NCBI GenBank assembly: GCA_965224415.1
Contig: CBDCZB010000004.1
Span: forward strand, 801,660 to 865,659
Origin: Dehalococcoidia bacterium
GTDB lineage: Bacteria; Chloroflexota; Dehalococcoidia; Lucifugimonadales; JAGWBF01
Reading direction: 5' to 3'
DNA length: 64,000 nt
This document shows, piece after piece, positions 1 to 8,795 of the stretch. Below the pieces are notes generated by a model, which had not been told where the DNA came from, did no database searches, and saw nothing but the letters and a program-made list of their open reading frames with translations. Made by a program: the position numbers and the translations under genes. Position 1 is the first letter of the stretch; each line of letters begins with the position of its first letter.

Positions 1-25
1 TTGGACCAGAGACCCGGCGGCCCAA

Positions 26-895
26 ATGCTTGAACCCTTCCAGTACGACTTCTTCGTTCGCGGTCTGATTTCCGCGACCCTTGTCGGGGGGTTGTGCGGC
101 TTGATGGGCGTCTACATAGTGTTGCGCCGGATGTCCTATATCGGGCACGGACTCTCCCACGCCGTGTTCGGAGGCGCCGTAGTCAGCTACGTCTTGTCCT
201 TCAGCTTTCTTGCGGGCGCGATTATCTGGGGGTTCCTGTCGGCTCTGCTCATCACTCTGGCCACGAGAAAGAGGCAGATAGGCGCCGACGCAGCCATAGG
301 CATCATCACCACCGCCAGTTTCGCTCTTGGCATAGCTCTAATCAGCAGATATAAGACCTTCACACGAGACTTCGAAGCCGCCCTGTTCGGCGACATTGTC
401 GGAGTGTCCCAGGGGGACCTGATGGCAATCGCCGTCGTCACAGCCGCCACGCTGGTCATTGTGTTTTTAGGATACAAACTCTTTCTGTTCTCGACCTTCG
501 ACCAGGACGTGGCGTCCTACTACGGCGTGCCCACAGCCTGGGTGGACACCATGTTCTCCCTGGTGCTCGCCGCCACGATAGTGGTTTCCATGCAGGTGCT
601 GGGCGTAACGCTCATAGCGGCCGCAATAGTCATACCTCCGGTGGTGGCCCGCCTGTTGACGAACAGCTTCAGGAGCATGATCTTGCTTTCGACGGGAATA
701 GGGGCGGCATGCGGACTGGCGGGAATATATATCAGCTGGTTCATAGACGTGTCTTCCGGGGCGAGCATCGTGCTGCTGTCGGCGCTCTTGTTCGTCGTCG
801 TTTTGACCGTCACCAGCTTGAAAGAGCGCCTGTCTGGATATCGCGGCAAGGTCAAACGCCCAACCGCCCCAGCGCCGTCGATCTCAGCGGACTGA
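26..895 (+). CDS. Metal (Mn/Zn/Fe-type) ABC transporter permease, ABC-3 (ZnuB/MntB-like) family
   Basis: 289-aa multi-pass hydrophobic ORF starting MLEPFQYDFFVRGL, the usual N-terminus of ABC-3 metal-uptake permeases. Assignment by recognition, not search. Confidence 0.75.
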   Translation: MLEPFQYDFFVRGLISATLVGGLCGLMGVYIVLRRMSYIGHGLSHAVFGGAVVSYVLSFSFLAGAIIWGFLSALLITLATRKRQIGADAAIGIITTASFALGIALISRYKTFTRDFEAALFGDIVGVSQGDLMAIAVVTAATLVIVFLGYKLFLFSTFDQDVASYYGVPTAWVDTMFSLVLAATIVVSMQVLGVTLIAAAIVIPPVVARLLTNSFRSMILLSTGIGAACGLAGIYISWFIDVSSGASIVLLSALLFVVVLTVTSLKERLSGYRGKVKRPTAPAPSISAD

Positions 896-982
896 CCCAG
901 CCCCGGCTGTAGGGCGTCGCCATTTGACCCGTACGTCCGCCGTCCGTAGAATTGCCACAAACCCCTTGCTTGGAGGCTCACG

Positions 983-2809
983 ATGGTCAGCCAAAGTTCC
1001 AACAAAAGCAACCCCATCGACGTTATGGAGGCCGACCACGCGGGCCGGAAACCGGCCCAGTCCAGCCGTCCCGTAGTATTGGGTTCTCAGGGAGTCGTCT
1101 CTTCCGGACATTGCCTTACGTCCATGTCCGCCGCCCGAATGCTCCTGAGCGGCGGCAACGCATTCGACGCCGCCGTGGCCGCCGGGTTTGCGGCTGCCGT
1201 CGTGGAACCCGCGGCGTCTTATACGCTGTGCTCCGAGGGAACTTTCATGGTCTACCATGCGGCCACGGGACGAGTGAGGGCGCTAAGCGGCCAAGGCGTC
1301 GCACCCGGGAAGGCCAATATAGACCTATTCGAAAGCAAGGGGCTGGACAAGATTCCCACCGGCCCCGGCCCCAACGCAGAACTGTCTTTCACCATCCCTG
1401 GAATCGTAGATGCCTTGCTGCTGATGCTTGAAACCTACGGCACGAAAACGCTGTCAGAGACCCTGGAGCCCGCCCTCGAGTACGCCCAGCGGGGCATGCC
1501 AATGTACGAACGACTCCGCGAAAGTCTCATGTCAACCGCGACCCTGGACCAGTTCCGCCTCTATCCGCCAGGCGGGCTGGACGTTTTCTACCAGGACGGA
1601 GATGCGCCCGCTGTGGGACAACCATTACGTCAGCCTCAGCTTGCGGCCACTCTCCAGGCGCTCATAGAGGCGGAACGAGCGGCGTCAGGCTCCAGGACCG
1701 ACGGAATCGCAGCGGCCAGGGAAGCCTTCTACAAGGGCCCGATATCAGAGACCATCGTCCAGTGCGCCCAGCGCGTCGGGGGACTCTTCAGCGCCGAGGA
1801 CATGGCGTCATACCAAGCCGGCTTTGATGAACCCCTCAAGACCGACTTTATGGGATTCGAGGTGTTTGGCCAGCCCACGTGGACGCAGGGAGCCGTGCTG
1901 CTCCAGGCCCTGAACATCCTGGAGGGCTTCGACCTGAAGTCCATGGGCCACAACTCCGCCGACTACATCCACACAGTCACCGAGGCGTTAAAGCTTGCTT
2001 TCGCCGATAGGGAAAAATTCTACGGCGATCCGAAGTTCTCAACCGTTCCCATAGACGGGCTGCTGTCCAAAGAATACGCCAAGGCCCGCGCCGCTCTAAT
2101 AGACGGCGCCATCGCAATGCCGGAGATGCCCGAGCCGGGAGACCCGTGGAGGTTCTCCGCCCTTTCCAGCAACGGGGCAAGCCGCCCCGTCGCGATTCCT
2201 GCCGGTGGAACGGCGTCCAAAGACGACGAACAAGGAACAACCCACTTTGCCGTCATCGATAGGGACGGCAACATGGTGGCGGCGACACCCAGCGGCGGAG
2301 TCTGGGGCAAGTCGGTGTACTTCCCGGAAATCGGCTGCGCCCTTAGCACAAGAAGCGAGATGTTCGTCCTGGAACGAGGCCATCCCAACGGCCTGGAAGG
2401 CAGGAAACGGCCCCGCACGACCCTGGTCAACTACCTCGTGGCCAAGAACGGAGTCCCTTTTCTAACCGCGGGATGCCCTGGAGGCGACGCCCAGGCCCAG
2501 GCAAACCTGCAACTTATTCTGAACTCCCTGGTGTTCGGCATGGACCCACAGGAGGCCGTGGAAGCGCCGCGTTTTGCGACTCAGACGCTGATTAACTCCT
2601 TCTACCCCAGAGTGTACCTGCCCGGACAACTCAACGTGGAGAAGGGCACGCCTGCCGACGTGCGGACCGAACTAGAGAAGCGGGGACATAAAGTCACCGA
2701 GGTGAACGCGTCGGGCACCGGGGCCATCGTGACTCGTAGGGACCCCGAATCCGGCGGGATGGCCGCCGGCGCCGACCCCCGACGGGACACCTATGCCATA
2801 GGATGGTAA
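983..2809 (+). CDS. ggt: Gamma-glutamyltransferase family protein
   Basis: 608-aa ORF containing the autoprocessing/nucleophile region EQGTTHFAVIDRDGNMVAATPSGG and a C-terminal GADPRRD motif typical of GGT. Confidence 0.85.
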   Translation: MVSQSSNKSNPIDVMEADHAGRKPAQSSRPVVLGSQGVVSSGHCLTSMSAARMLLSGGNAFDAAVAAGFAAAVVEPAASYTLCSEGTFMVYHAATGRVRALSGQGVAPGKANIDLFESKGLDKIPTGPGPNAELSFTIPGIVDALLLMLETYGTKTLSETLEPALEYAQRGMPMYERLRESLMSTATLDQFRLYPPGGLDVFYQDGDAPAVGQPLRQPQLAATLQALIEAERAASGSRTDGIAAAREAFYKGPISETIVQCAQRVGGLFSAEDMASYQAGFDEPLKTDFMGFEVFGQPTWTQGAVLLQALNILEGFDLKSMGHNSADYIHTVTEALKLAFADREKFYGDPKFSTVPIDGLLSKEYAKARAALIDGAIAMPEMPEPGDPWRFSALSSNGASRPVAIPAGGTASKDDEQGTTHFAVIDRDGNMVAATPSGGVWGKSVYFPEIGCALSTRSEMFVLERGHPNGLEGRKRPRTTLVNYLVAKNGVPFLTAGCPGGDAQAQANLQLILNSLVFGMDPQEAVEAPRFATQTLINSFYPRVYLPGQLNVEKGTPADVRTELEKRGHKVTEVNASGTGAIVTRRDPESGGMAAGADPRRDTYAIGW

Positions 2810-2819
2810 GGCGGGCAGC

Positions 2820-3467
2820 CTAGACGCTGAGGTTCTTTAGGAAGAATTCCGCCGCCAGCCGAGACGCTTCCCTTTCCCGGCCTGCCCAGAAGTGGTCTAC
2901 GCCGGGGACTATTTCGCAGCTGACGTCAGGCCCCAAATCGCCAGCTTTGCTCCTTAGCTCCTCTTCGGGAGCGGCGTGGTCCTGGGAGCCGGATATAAAT
3001 ATCTTGGGGCGTTGGTCCGACGCGACCGTGGGAGAGTCCAGATGTCTTATGCCAGGCGACACCAACGCAAAGGCTTTCGCTCCCTCATATAGACTGAAGT
3101 TCCCCAGCAGCACACCCGACCCAAAGGAGTATCCGGCCATTCCCAGCCGGTCCGGGTCGACCTTGTCGGCGCTTCCAAGTTCGTTCAGAGCGGCTAGGGC
3201 GTCCTGCGGTTCCATCTCTCCCGCAGTATGGCTTCCTCCGCTTCTACCCACACCGCGAAAGTTGAACCGCAAAGCGGCTACGCCCCTTTCCATGAGGCCG
3301 TAGTAGACGGCCCGCACCACGTTGTTGTTCATGTCGCCGCCATGAAGAGGATGAGGGTGACACACCACGACCCCCGGAAACGGACCAACCCCGTGGTCCG
3401 GCAGCCCCAACACTCCCTCCAGAACGGTCCCGTCGGCGCCTGATTGCATCTCCAATGAAATTTCCAT
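2820..3467 (-). CDS. Alpha/beta hydrolase (COG2945-like)
   Basis: Motifs CHPHPLHGGDMNNNVV, RFNFRGVGRSGG and nucleophile elbow GYSFG. I place the start at ATG 3467 (MEISLEMQ) because of an upstream AAAGGAA. The longer ORF to 3575 adds a non-conserved-looking leader. Confidence 0.7.
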   Translation of the reverse strand: MEISLEMQSGADGTVLEGVLGLPDHGVGPFPGVVVCHPHPLHGGDMNNNVVRAVYYGLMERGVAALRFNFRGVGRSGGSHTAGEMEPQDALAALNELGSADKVDPDRLGMAGYSFGSGVLLGNFSLYEGAKAFALVSPGIRHLDSPTVASDQRPKIFISGSQDHAAPEEELRSKAGDLGPDVSCEIVPGVDHFWAGREREASRLAAEFFLKNLSV

Positions 3468-3664
3468 GCTCTCAGTTCCTTTCTCAAAGCTGGCCGTCCC
3501 TTTGTCCGGACTTCGGGGGGACTGACAGTCATAGAGATTGTCAGCCTTGAACGAAAAATCCCTGAAACTCGTCAAGACTGTTATTGAATGGGGATTGTAA
3601 CATTGTTAGCTTTGGAAAATGGGGCATATGACGGCCCGTTGGATGGCGGCGAGACTGGGAGGAA

Positions 3665-4489
3665 GTGAGGAACGGGACGATCGGATATGGGGCGCGTGAT
3701 GGGGCTGTGATAGACCCGATCTTAGTGAGGGTGAACGGGAGAGGCTGGAACATCGACTTCACCTTGGACGACAAGGTCGATTGCCATGTTCTAGTCGATT
3801 CCCTGCGCCAGCATCTGTCCGGCAGTTCTGGATGGTTCAAGGGCTTCCCTGTTGCAGTGAACGTGGGAGCCAGGGCGACAAACCTCGACGACCTGAGAAT
3901 GATACGGGACGTCATCGAGGGCGAGCATCACATTCCCATATCCAGGTTCGAGTTAGGCGACGCTGCGTCGCTTGAGTCGGCCCTTTCGGAGGGAGTGGGC
4001 GTTACCGTAAACCTGGGACTGAACGGACACAGCCAGGACTCGCGAGACGCTTTCCTGTTCGCTCCTCAAGAACCCAGCTCGAAAGTCCACTCTGACACGG
4101 AAGATTCGAAACCAGCTAAACCGGAACCGCTGGTCATCAAGTCAACTTGCCGGTCCGGGCTGGCCGTGAGCCACGACGGAGACCTCATAGTCCTGGGAGA
4201 CGTGAACCCGGGCGCCGAGCTTACGGCGGCCGGGGACATCGTGGTGGCGGGCGCTCTGCGAGGAGCGGCCCACGCAGGATTCAACGATGTCGGCGCGTCC
4301 TCCTCTGTAATAGTCGCGGCGACCCTGGAACCGCTGTTGCTCAGGATAGGAAACCACGTCAGGACGGAAGAACCCAAAAAGGGAAAGTCCAAGTCTCGTA
4401 CGAAGACCGCCGAGATAGCTTATGTCAAAGGCCGGGCTTCCATCGCGGTCGAACCATTTACAAGCTGGCGTCGAAAGAACTCAGGGTAG
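3665..4489 (+). CDS. minC: Septum site-determining protein MinC
   Basis: C-terminal beta-helix motif RSGLAVSHDGDLIVLGDVNPGAELTAAGDIVVAGALRGAAHAG. Sits directly upstream of minD-minE. GTG start. Confidence 0.8.
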   Translation: MRNGTIGYGARDGAVIDPILVRVNGRGWNIDFTLDDKVDCHVLVDSLRQHLSGSSGWFKGFPVAVNVGARATNLDDLRMIRDVIEGEHHIPISRFELGDAASLESALSEGVGVTVNLGLNGHSQDSRDAFLFAPQEPSSKVHSDTEDSKPAKPEPLVIKSTCRSGLAVSHDGDLIVLGDVNPGAELTAAGDIVVAGALRGAAHAGFNDVGASSSVIVAATLEPLLLRIGNHVRTEEPKKGKSKSRTKTAEIAYVKGRASIAVEPFTSWRRKNSG

Positions 4490-4498
4490 GGAGGGGAT

Positions 4499-5341
4499 AT
4501 GAGCGGCACGACCATTGTGGTGACTTCAGGCAAAGGTGGAGTTGGCAAGACCACGGCCACCGCCAACCTTGGCGCGGCGCTGGCCCTCAGAGGCCGGAGC
4601 GTTGCAGTGGTGGACACGGACATCGGACTGCGGAACCTGGACGTAGTGCTGGGGCTGGAGAACCGCATCGTGTACGACCTGGTCGACGTGGTGGAAGGCC
4701 GATGCAGGCTGAACCAGGCGTTGGTCAGGGACAAGCACACCAATGAGCTCTATCTAATTCCCGCCGCCCAGACCAGGGACAAGTCCGCCCTGAAGCCTGA
4801 ACATATGAAGGAATTGGTGAACGACCTGAAGGAGAGGTTCGAATACATCCTCATCGACTGCCCCGCCGGCATCGAACAGGGATTCCAAAACGCAATAATC
4901 GCGGCGGACCGAGCCATCGTGGTCACCACTCCGGAAGTGTCGGCGATTAGGGACGCCGACCGGGTCATCGGCCTGCTGGAAGCCGCCGAACTGCCCACAC
5001 CCGACCTGGTGATCAATCGTATTCGTCCCGGCATGGTCAAGGAAGGGGACATGATGGACCACGAAGACATCCTTGACCTGCTCTCCGTGAAGCTCATCGG
5101 AATGGTCCCCGATGACGACGGAATCATCGTGTCTACCAACAAGGGGCTGCCCGTGGTGCACAACAAGAAGTCCCTCTCGGGAGAGGCCTACAGACGCGTC
5201 GCCGCCCGGATTGAGGGAGAGGAGCCTCCCTTCCTGGAGCTTGAAGCCGCCCCCGGGCTCTTCGGAAAGGTCATGAAGATATTCTCCAAAAACGGCAACG
5301 GCAGCAACGGACGAAACGGATACCACGGAGACCTGTCATGA
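4499..5341 (+). CDS. minD: Septum site-determining ATPase MinD
   Basis: Deviant Walker A SGKGGVGKTT, a DCPAGIE motif and an amphipathic C-terminal tail. 4-nt overlap with minE. Confidence 0.95.
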   Translation: MSGTTIVVTSGKGGVGKTTATANLGAALALRGRSVAVVDTDIGLRNLDVVLGLENRIVYDLVDVVEGRCRLNQALVRDKHTNELYLIPAAQTRDKSALKPEHMKELVNDLKERFEYILIDCPAGIEQGFQNAIIAADRAIVVTTPEVSAIRDADRVIGLLEAAELPTPDLVINRIRPGMVKEGDMMDHEDILDLLSVKLIGMVPDDDGIIVSTNKGLPVVHNKKSLSGEAYRRVAARIEGEEPPFLELEAAPGLFGKVMKIFSKNGNGSNGRNGYHGDLS

Positions 5342-5643
5342 TGGACCTTCTCCGTTGGGCGTTGCAGCGCCACGAGAAGTCGAAGGACTCGGCCCGGCAG
5401 CGGCTGCGCATGATCCTGGTCCTGGACCGTGTAGGAATCTCATCGGGCTACCTCGAGTCGATGAAACGAGACTTCCTGGAGGTCGTCTCCCGTTACCTGG
5501 AAGTGGACGAGGAGTCCGTAAGCATGGACATGCGTAGAGAGGGCGAGTCTATGGTCCTCGTCTCCAACATCAACGTGAGCGGAATCAACTCTGCTCCGCC
5601 GCGTCTGGAGAACCGCGCCCGCTCAGAAGTCCCTGCCGTCTAG
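5338..5643 (+). CDS. minE: Cell division topological specificity factor MinE
   Basis: 101-aa ORF with KSKDSARQRLRMILVLDR, the anti-MinCD N-terminal region. Third gene of minCDE. Confidence 0.9.
   Translation: MMDLLRWALQRHEKSKDSARQRLRMILVLDRVGISSGYLESMKRDFLEVVSRYLEVDEESVSMDMRREGESMVLVSNINVSGINSAPPRLENRARSEVPAV
5536..5643 (+). repeat. Direct repeat copy 1 (last 35 codons plus stop of minE)
   Basis: 108 bp, matching 7023..7130 at 104/108 positions by manual alignment. Confidence 0.9.
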
Positions 5644-5847
5644 CGCGTCTCGTCAATATGGTTTAGGCCAAAGCACCCAGGCCCTGATCTGGCAGGCGGC
5701 CAGGTAAGAAGCCGGCTCTTTGGCATAACGCGTTGTCACGCGCCGCTACGGTGCGCAAAACCCAGAATACTGCATTCTAGTAGTATAATCGGCGCAACCG
5801 ACAACGAACGGTGCTACGCTTTTTCTTTGTCTAGGAGGCGCCAACGC

Positions 5848-6990
5848 ATGGCCGAGACGATAGCCCAAGCGGTTGAGCAAATCAAAAACACTGTATCCCT
5901 GCTCAGCCTGGACGAATCCGCCACCAAACAGGGCGTCGTGCTCAGAATTCTCAGTCTTGCCGGGTGGAACCCCTTCGACCTTTCGCAGGTTGTACCTGAA
6001 TATACGGTTGGGAACCGCCGTGTCGATTACGCACTAATGCCGGGTTCACCCAACGCCGTATTCATAGAGGTGAAACGGCCTAACGAAAGTCTGGAAGGAC
6101 ACCAGCAGCAGTTGCTGGAGTACTGCTTTCAGGAAGGGGTAAAGCTGGCCGCATTGACCAATGGGCGGACCTGGTGGCTCTATCTGCCCTTGCAGCCGGG
6201 AAGTTGGGAACAAAGACGGTTCTTGACCATCGACCTTGAATCCCAAGAACCCGACATCGTTGAACGACGGTTCATGGCGCACCTTTCCCAGGAAAAGGTA
6301 ACTAGCGGCCGGGCGGTCAGCGACGCCGAGGACTTAGTGCAGTCGCAGCAGCGAGCCGAGATTGCCGGCAAAGCCATCATCGAAGCCTGGAATCAAATCG
6401 TCGAAACGCCCGATGAAATCTTGGTTGACTTAGTCTCGGAGACTACTGAGCGCATTTGCGGGTTTATGCCTGAAAGAGAGTTGGTCGAACAATTTCTGTC
6501 ACGGCGCGTCGGCGCGTTGCCTGACCTTCAGCTTTCGTCGGAACAACCTTCCCGGAAGCCTCCGGCCATTCCACACAGACATTCCCCGCCAACTACCGCG
6601 CGTGGTGGTCCATCAACCGTCACAACCATTAGGCAACCGCAACCTATAGACGGCAAGAGCACCCGTCCAATATCTTTCACTTTTCTGGAAAGCCACCGGC
6701 GGACCAACTCTTGGAATGACGTTCTCATCCAATTCTCAGGCCTGATTAACGAACTTCACCCACGAGACTTTGACAAGGTGCTGACGATCCCTCGCAGTCA
6801 AAGGCACGGAGCAAAATGGCCTTACCATTTCTCCCAAACGCCATCCGATTTGCGGATTCCCAAGGGAATCCGAAATTCCGGCATCTACGCAGAAGTCGAC
6901 CTTACCGCCGCAACAATGGTCAAGCTATGTTACGACTTGGTGCAGCTATTCGGCTACCAGCAGGGGTCGCTGACTATCGAGTGCCGATAA
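5848..6990 (+). CDS. Hypothetical protein with N-terminal HsdR_N / PD-(D/E)xK restriction-endonuclease-like domain
   Basis: AGGAGG 8 nt upstream of ATG 5848. N-terminal pattern TKQGVVLRILSLAGW..RRVDYAL..VFIEVKRP..QQLLEY..LTNGRTWWLY matches the type I restriction R-subunit N-terminal (HsdR_N) nuclease-fold signature. The C-terminal ~200 aa are unrecognised. Confidence 0.6.
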   Translation: MAETIAQAVEQIKNTVSLLSLDESATKQGVVLRILSLAGWNPFDLSQVVPEYTVGNRRVDYALMPGSPNAVFIEVKRPNESLEGHQQQLLEYCFQEGVKLAALTNGRTWWLYLPLQPGSWEQRRFLTIDLESQEPDIVERRFMAHLSQEKVTSGRAVSDAEDLVQSQQRAEIAGKAIIEAWNQIVETPDEILVDLVSETTERICGFMPERELVEQFLSRRVGALPDLQLSSEQPSRKPPAIPHRHSPPTTARGGPSTVTTIRQPQPIDGKSTRPISFTFLESHRRTNSWNDVLIQFSGLINELHPRDFDKVLTIPRSQRHGAKWPYHFSQTPSDLRIPKGIRNSGIYAEVDLTAATMVKLCYDLVQLFGYQQGSLTIECR

Positions 6991-7022
6991 GCTTCGAAAG
7001 AGCACACCGAAGAGAAAGTGGA

Positions 7023-7130
7023 AGAGAGGGCGAGTCTATGGTCCTTGTCTCCAACATCAACGTGAGCGGAATCAACTCTGCTCCGCCGCGTCTGGAGAAC
7101 CGCGCCCGCTCAGAAGTCCCAGCTGTATAG
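7023..7130 (+). repeat. Direct repeat copy 2 (orphan copy of the minE 3' end)
   Basis: Same 108 bp as 5536..5643. The 4 differences are all third-codon-position synonymous changes in the minE frame. Confidence 0.9.
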
Positions 7131-7191
7131 GCCTCCGGCGCCCAGCAAAGAAAAAGCCCGCTGTCGGCTGCCCAGCCTAAGGCAGGTTTCT

Positions 7192-7277
7192 TGGTGCCGA
7201 GGGAGGGACTCGAACCCACACGCCCTCGCGGGCAGCGGATTTTAAGTCCGCCGCGTCTGCCGTTCCGCCACCTCGGC
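7192..7277 (-). tRNA. tRNA-Leu (anticodon TAA)
   Basis: Reverse complement gives GCCGAGG acceptor, anticodon loop CTTAAAA, long variable arm, GGTTCGAGTCC T-arm and encoded CCA. Confidence 0.9.
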
Positions 7278-7339
7278 ATCCCTGCTCAGAGAAAAAACAA
7301 GCGCAGGAATGAGTTCCTACGCTTTTGTCTGCGAAAAAT

Positions 7340-7415
7340 TGGAGGCGACGGGCGGATTCGAACCGCCGAATAGAGGTTTTGCAGACCTCCGCCTTAACCA
7401 CTTGGCTACGTCGCC
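7340..7415 (-). tRNA. tRNA-Cys (anticodon GCA)
   Basis: Reverse complement folds by hand: acceptor GGCGACG/CGTCGCC, anticodon stem GAGGT/ACCTC with loop CTGCAAA, T-arm GGCGG-TTCGAAT-CCGCC, and CCA. Confidence 0.9.
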
Positions 7416-7431
7416 CTGTCCTTAACCGAAA

Positions 7432-7518
7432 TGGTGCCGAGGGCGGGATTTGAACCCACACAGGCTTACGCCTACCACCCCCTCAAGATGGCGTGTCTAC
7501 CAATTCCACCACCTCGGC
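7432..7518 (-). tRNA. tRNA-Leu (anticodon GAG)
   Basis: Reverse complement GCCGAGGTGGTGGAATTGGTAGACAC..., anticodon loop TTGAGGG, long variable arm, GGTTCAAATCC T-arm and CCA. Confidence 0.9.
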
Positions 7519-7592
7519 AGGAATCCATATTTTACCACATTCTCCCGGAGTTTCCAGTATTCGGGCATCGAGAGCGAAGAACGGCCGCAGCC

Positions 7593-8765
7593 TCACTGGG
7601 CCCGCCCCACGCCGGGGAAGGCGGGCATAACCTCTTTGGAGATGCGGGCCGCCTGCTCGTGGAACTGCTCCATCGTGGTCCCCATGGGACAGGCTATCAT
7701 TATCTGGTCCAGCCCCGGGTACTTGTCCTCCACTTCCTTGAGATAGGCGATAGTGTCCTCGGGGCTGCCACAGAACCAGGCCCGGGTCTTCAGAACATCT
7801 TCAAAGTCGCTGCTTGCGGCAATATGGCGGGCGGCCCCAGAGGGACCCACGGCTTCCATCTGTTCGTCGCTGTACCGGAGCATTCCCAGGGGCGCCGCGA
7901 ACTTCACGTGTTCCTCGAACAGAGGCCTCAGCCGGTCCTTTGCTCTCTCGTAGCTGTCGTCCACCTGGCACCATATTCCCAGCGCCAGGCCCTCACCCAG
8001 ATCGGTCTCCCGCCCATACTTGGCGTTGGCCTTCTGGTACTCGTGAATCCATCCGTCCACGTGGTCTATGGCAGTGCCGGCAATTATCCCCTTGATGCCG
8101 TGCTTGGCCATGAAATCCAAACCTCTGGGAGACCCGCTGACCACCGGCTGCCACATTTCCACTGGAGTGTTGATGGGCCTGGGCACCAGGGTAAGCTCCT
8201 TTAGCTGGTAGCCCCTGTAAGGAACCTCCGGAGGCAGCGTGTAGTTCTTTCCCTGGTGGGAAAAGGAGTCGTTGTTGAAAGCGGTCAATATCACTTCCAG
8301 CTGCTCTTCGAACAGGTCCCGGTTGGCGTCGGCGTCCAGCATGGGTGCGCCGAAGGTCTCCACCTCCCGGGTGTGGTAGCCGCGGCCCACGCCGAATATT
8401 ACCCTGCCATCGGTAAGCACGTCGGCCATGGCGAAGTCCTCGGCCAGGCGGATGGGGTGCCACATGGGAAGGATGTTGAACGCGCAACCCAACTTTATCT
8501 TAGTGGTGTGTTGAGCCAGCCAGACGTTGAGCATCAGCAGGTTGGGAATGCACTCGTACCCCTCCCGCTGGAAGTGGTGCTCGGCCATCCACAGAACGTC
8601 GTAGCCCAGCTCCTCAGTGACCTGGGCCGTCCTCTTCGCCATGTCGAAGACCTGAATAAGCCGCTCGTTGGAATAGCGGCGGTCGTTGGCCGGAGTGCCG
8701 TCTAAGCCGACGTTGTCCCCTTCCAGCACATGGCCTGCATATAGAGTAGAGAATGACTTAATCAT
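7593..8765 (-). CDS. LLM-class (luciferase-like) flavin-dependent oxidoreductase
   Basis: 390-aa ORF with a GGGAGG RBS. Motifs LWMAEHHFQREGYECIPN and GRVIFGVGRGYH are typical of the luciferase-like monooxygenase family. Confidence 0.85.
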   Translation of the reverse strand: MIKSFSTLYAGHVLEGDNVGLDGTPANDRRYSNERLIQVFDMAKRTAQVTEELGYDVLWMAEHHFQREGYECIPNLLMLNVWLAQHTTKIKLGCAFNILPMWHPIRLAEDFAMADVLTDGRVIFGVGRGYHTREVETFGAPMLDADANRDLFEEQLEVILTAFNNDSFSHQGKNYTLPPEVPYRGYQLKELTLVPRPINTPVEMWQPVVSGSPRGLDFMAKHGIKGIIAGTAIDHVDGWIHEYQKANAKYGRETDLGEGLALGIWCQVDDSYERAKDRLRPLFEEHVKFAAPLGMLRYSDEQMEAVGPSGAARHIAASSDFEDVLKTRAWFCGSPEDTIAYLKEVEDKYPGLDQIMIACPMGTTMEQFHEQAARISKEVMPAFPGVGRAQ

Positions 8766-8795
8766 GTTTGCCTCCCTTAGCGGCGGCTCCTGCGC

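Noticed and set aside
6816-7130. 104-aa ORF ending with the MinE-like tail
   Set aside because: It is chimeric. Its first two-thirds is an alternative frame of the HsdR_N-like gene, and the MinE-like C-terminus is simply the second copy of the direct repeat. It is not an independent gene.
7431-8204. 257-aa plus-strand ORF
   Set aside because: It starts inside tRNA-Leu(GAG) and runs antisense to the LLM gene. This is an artefact of GC-rich sequence.
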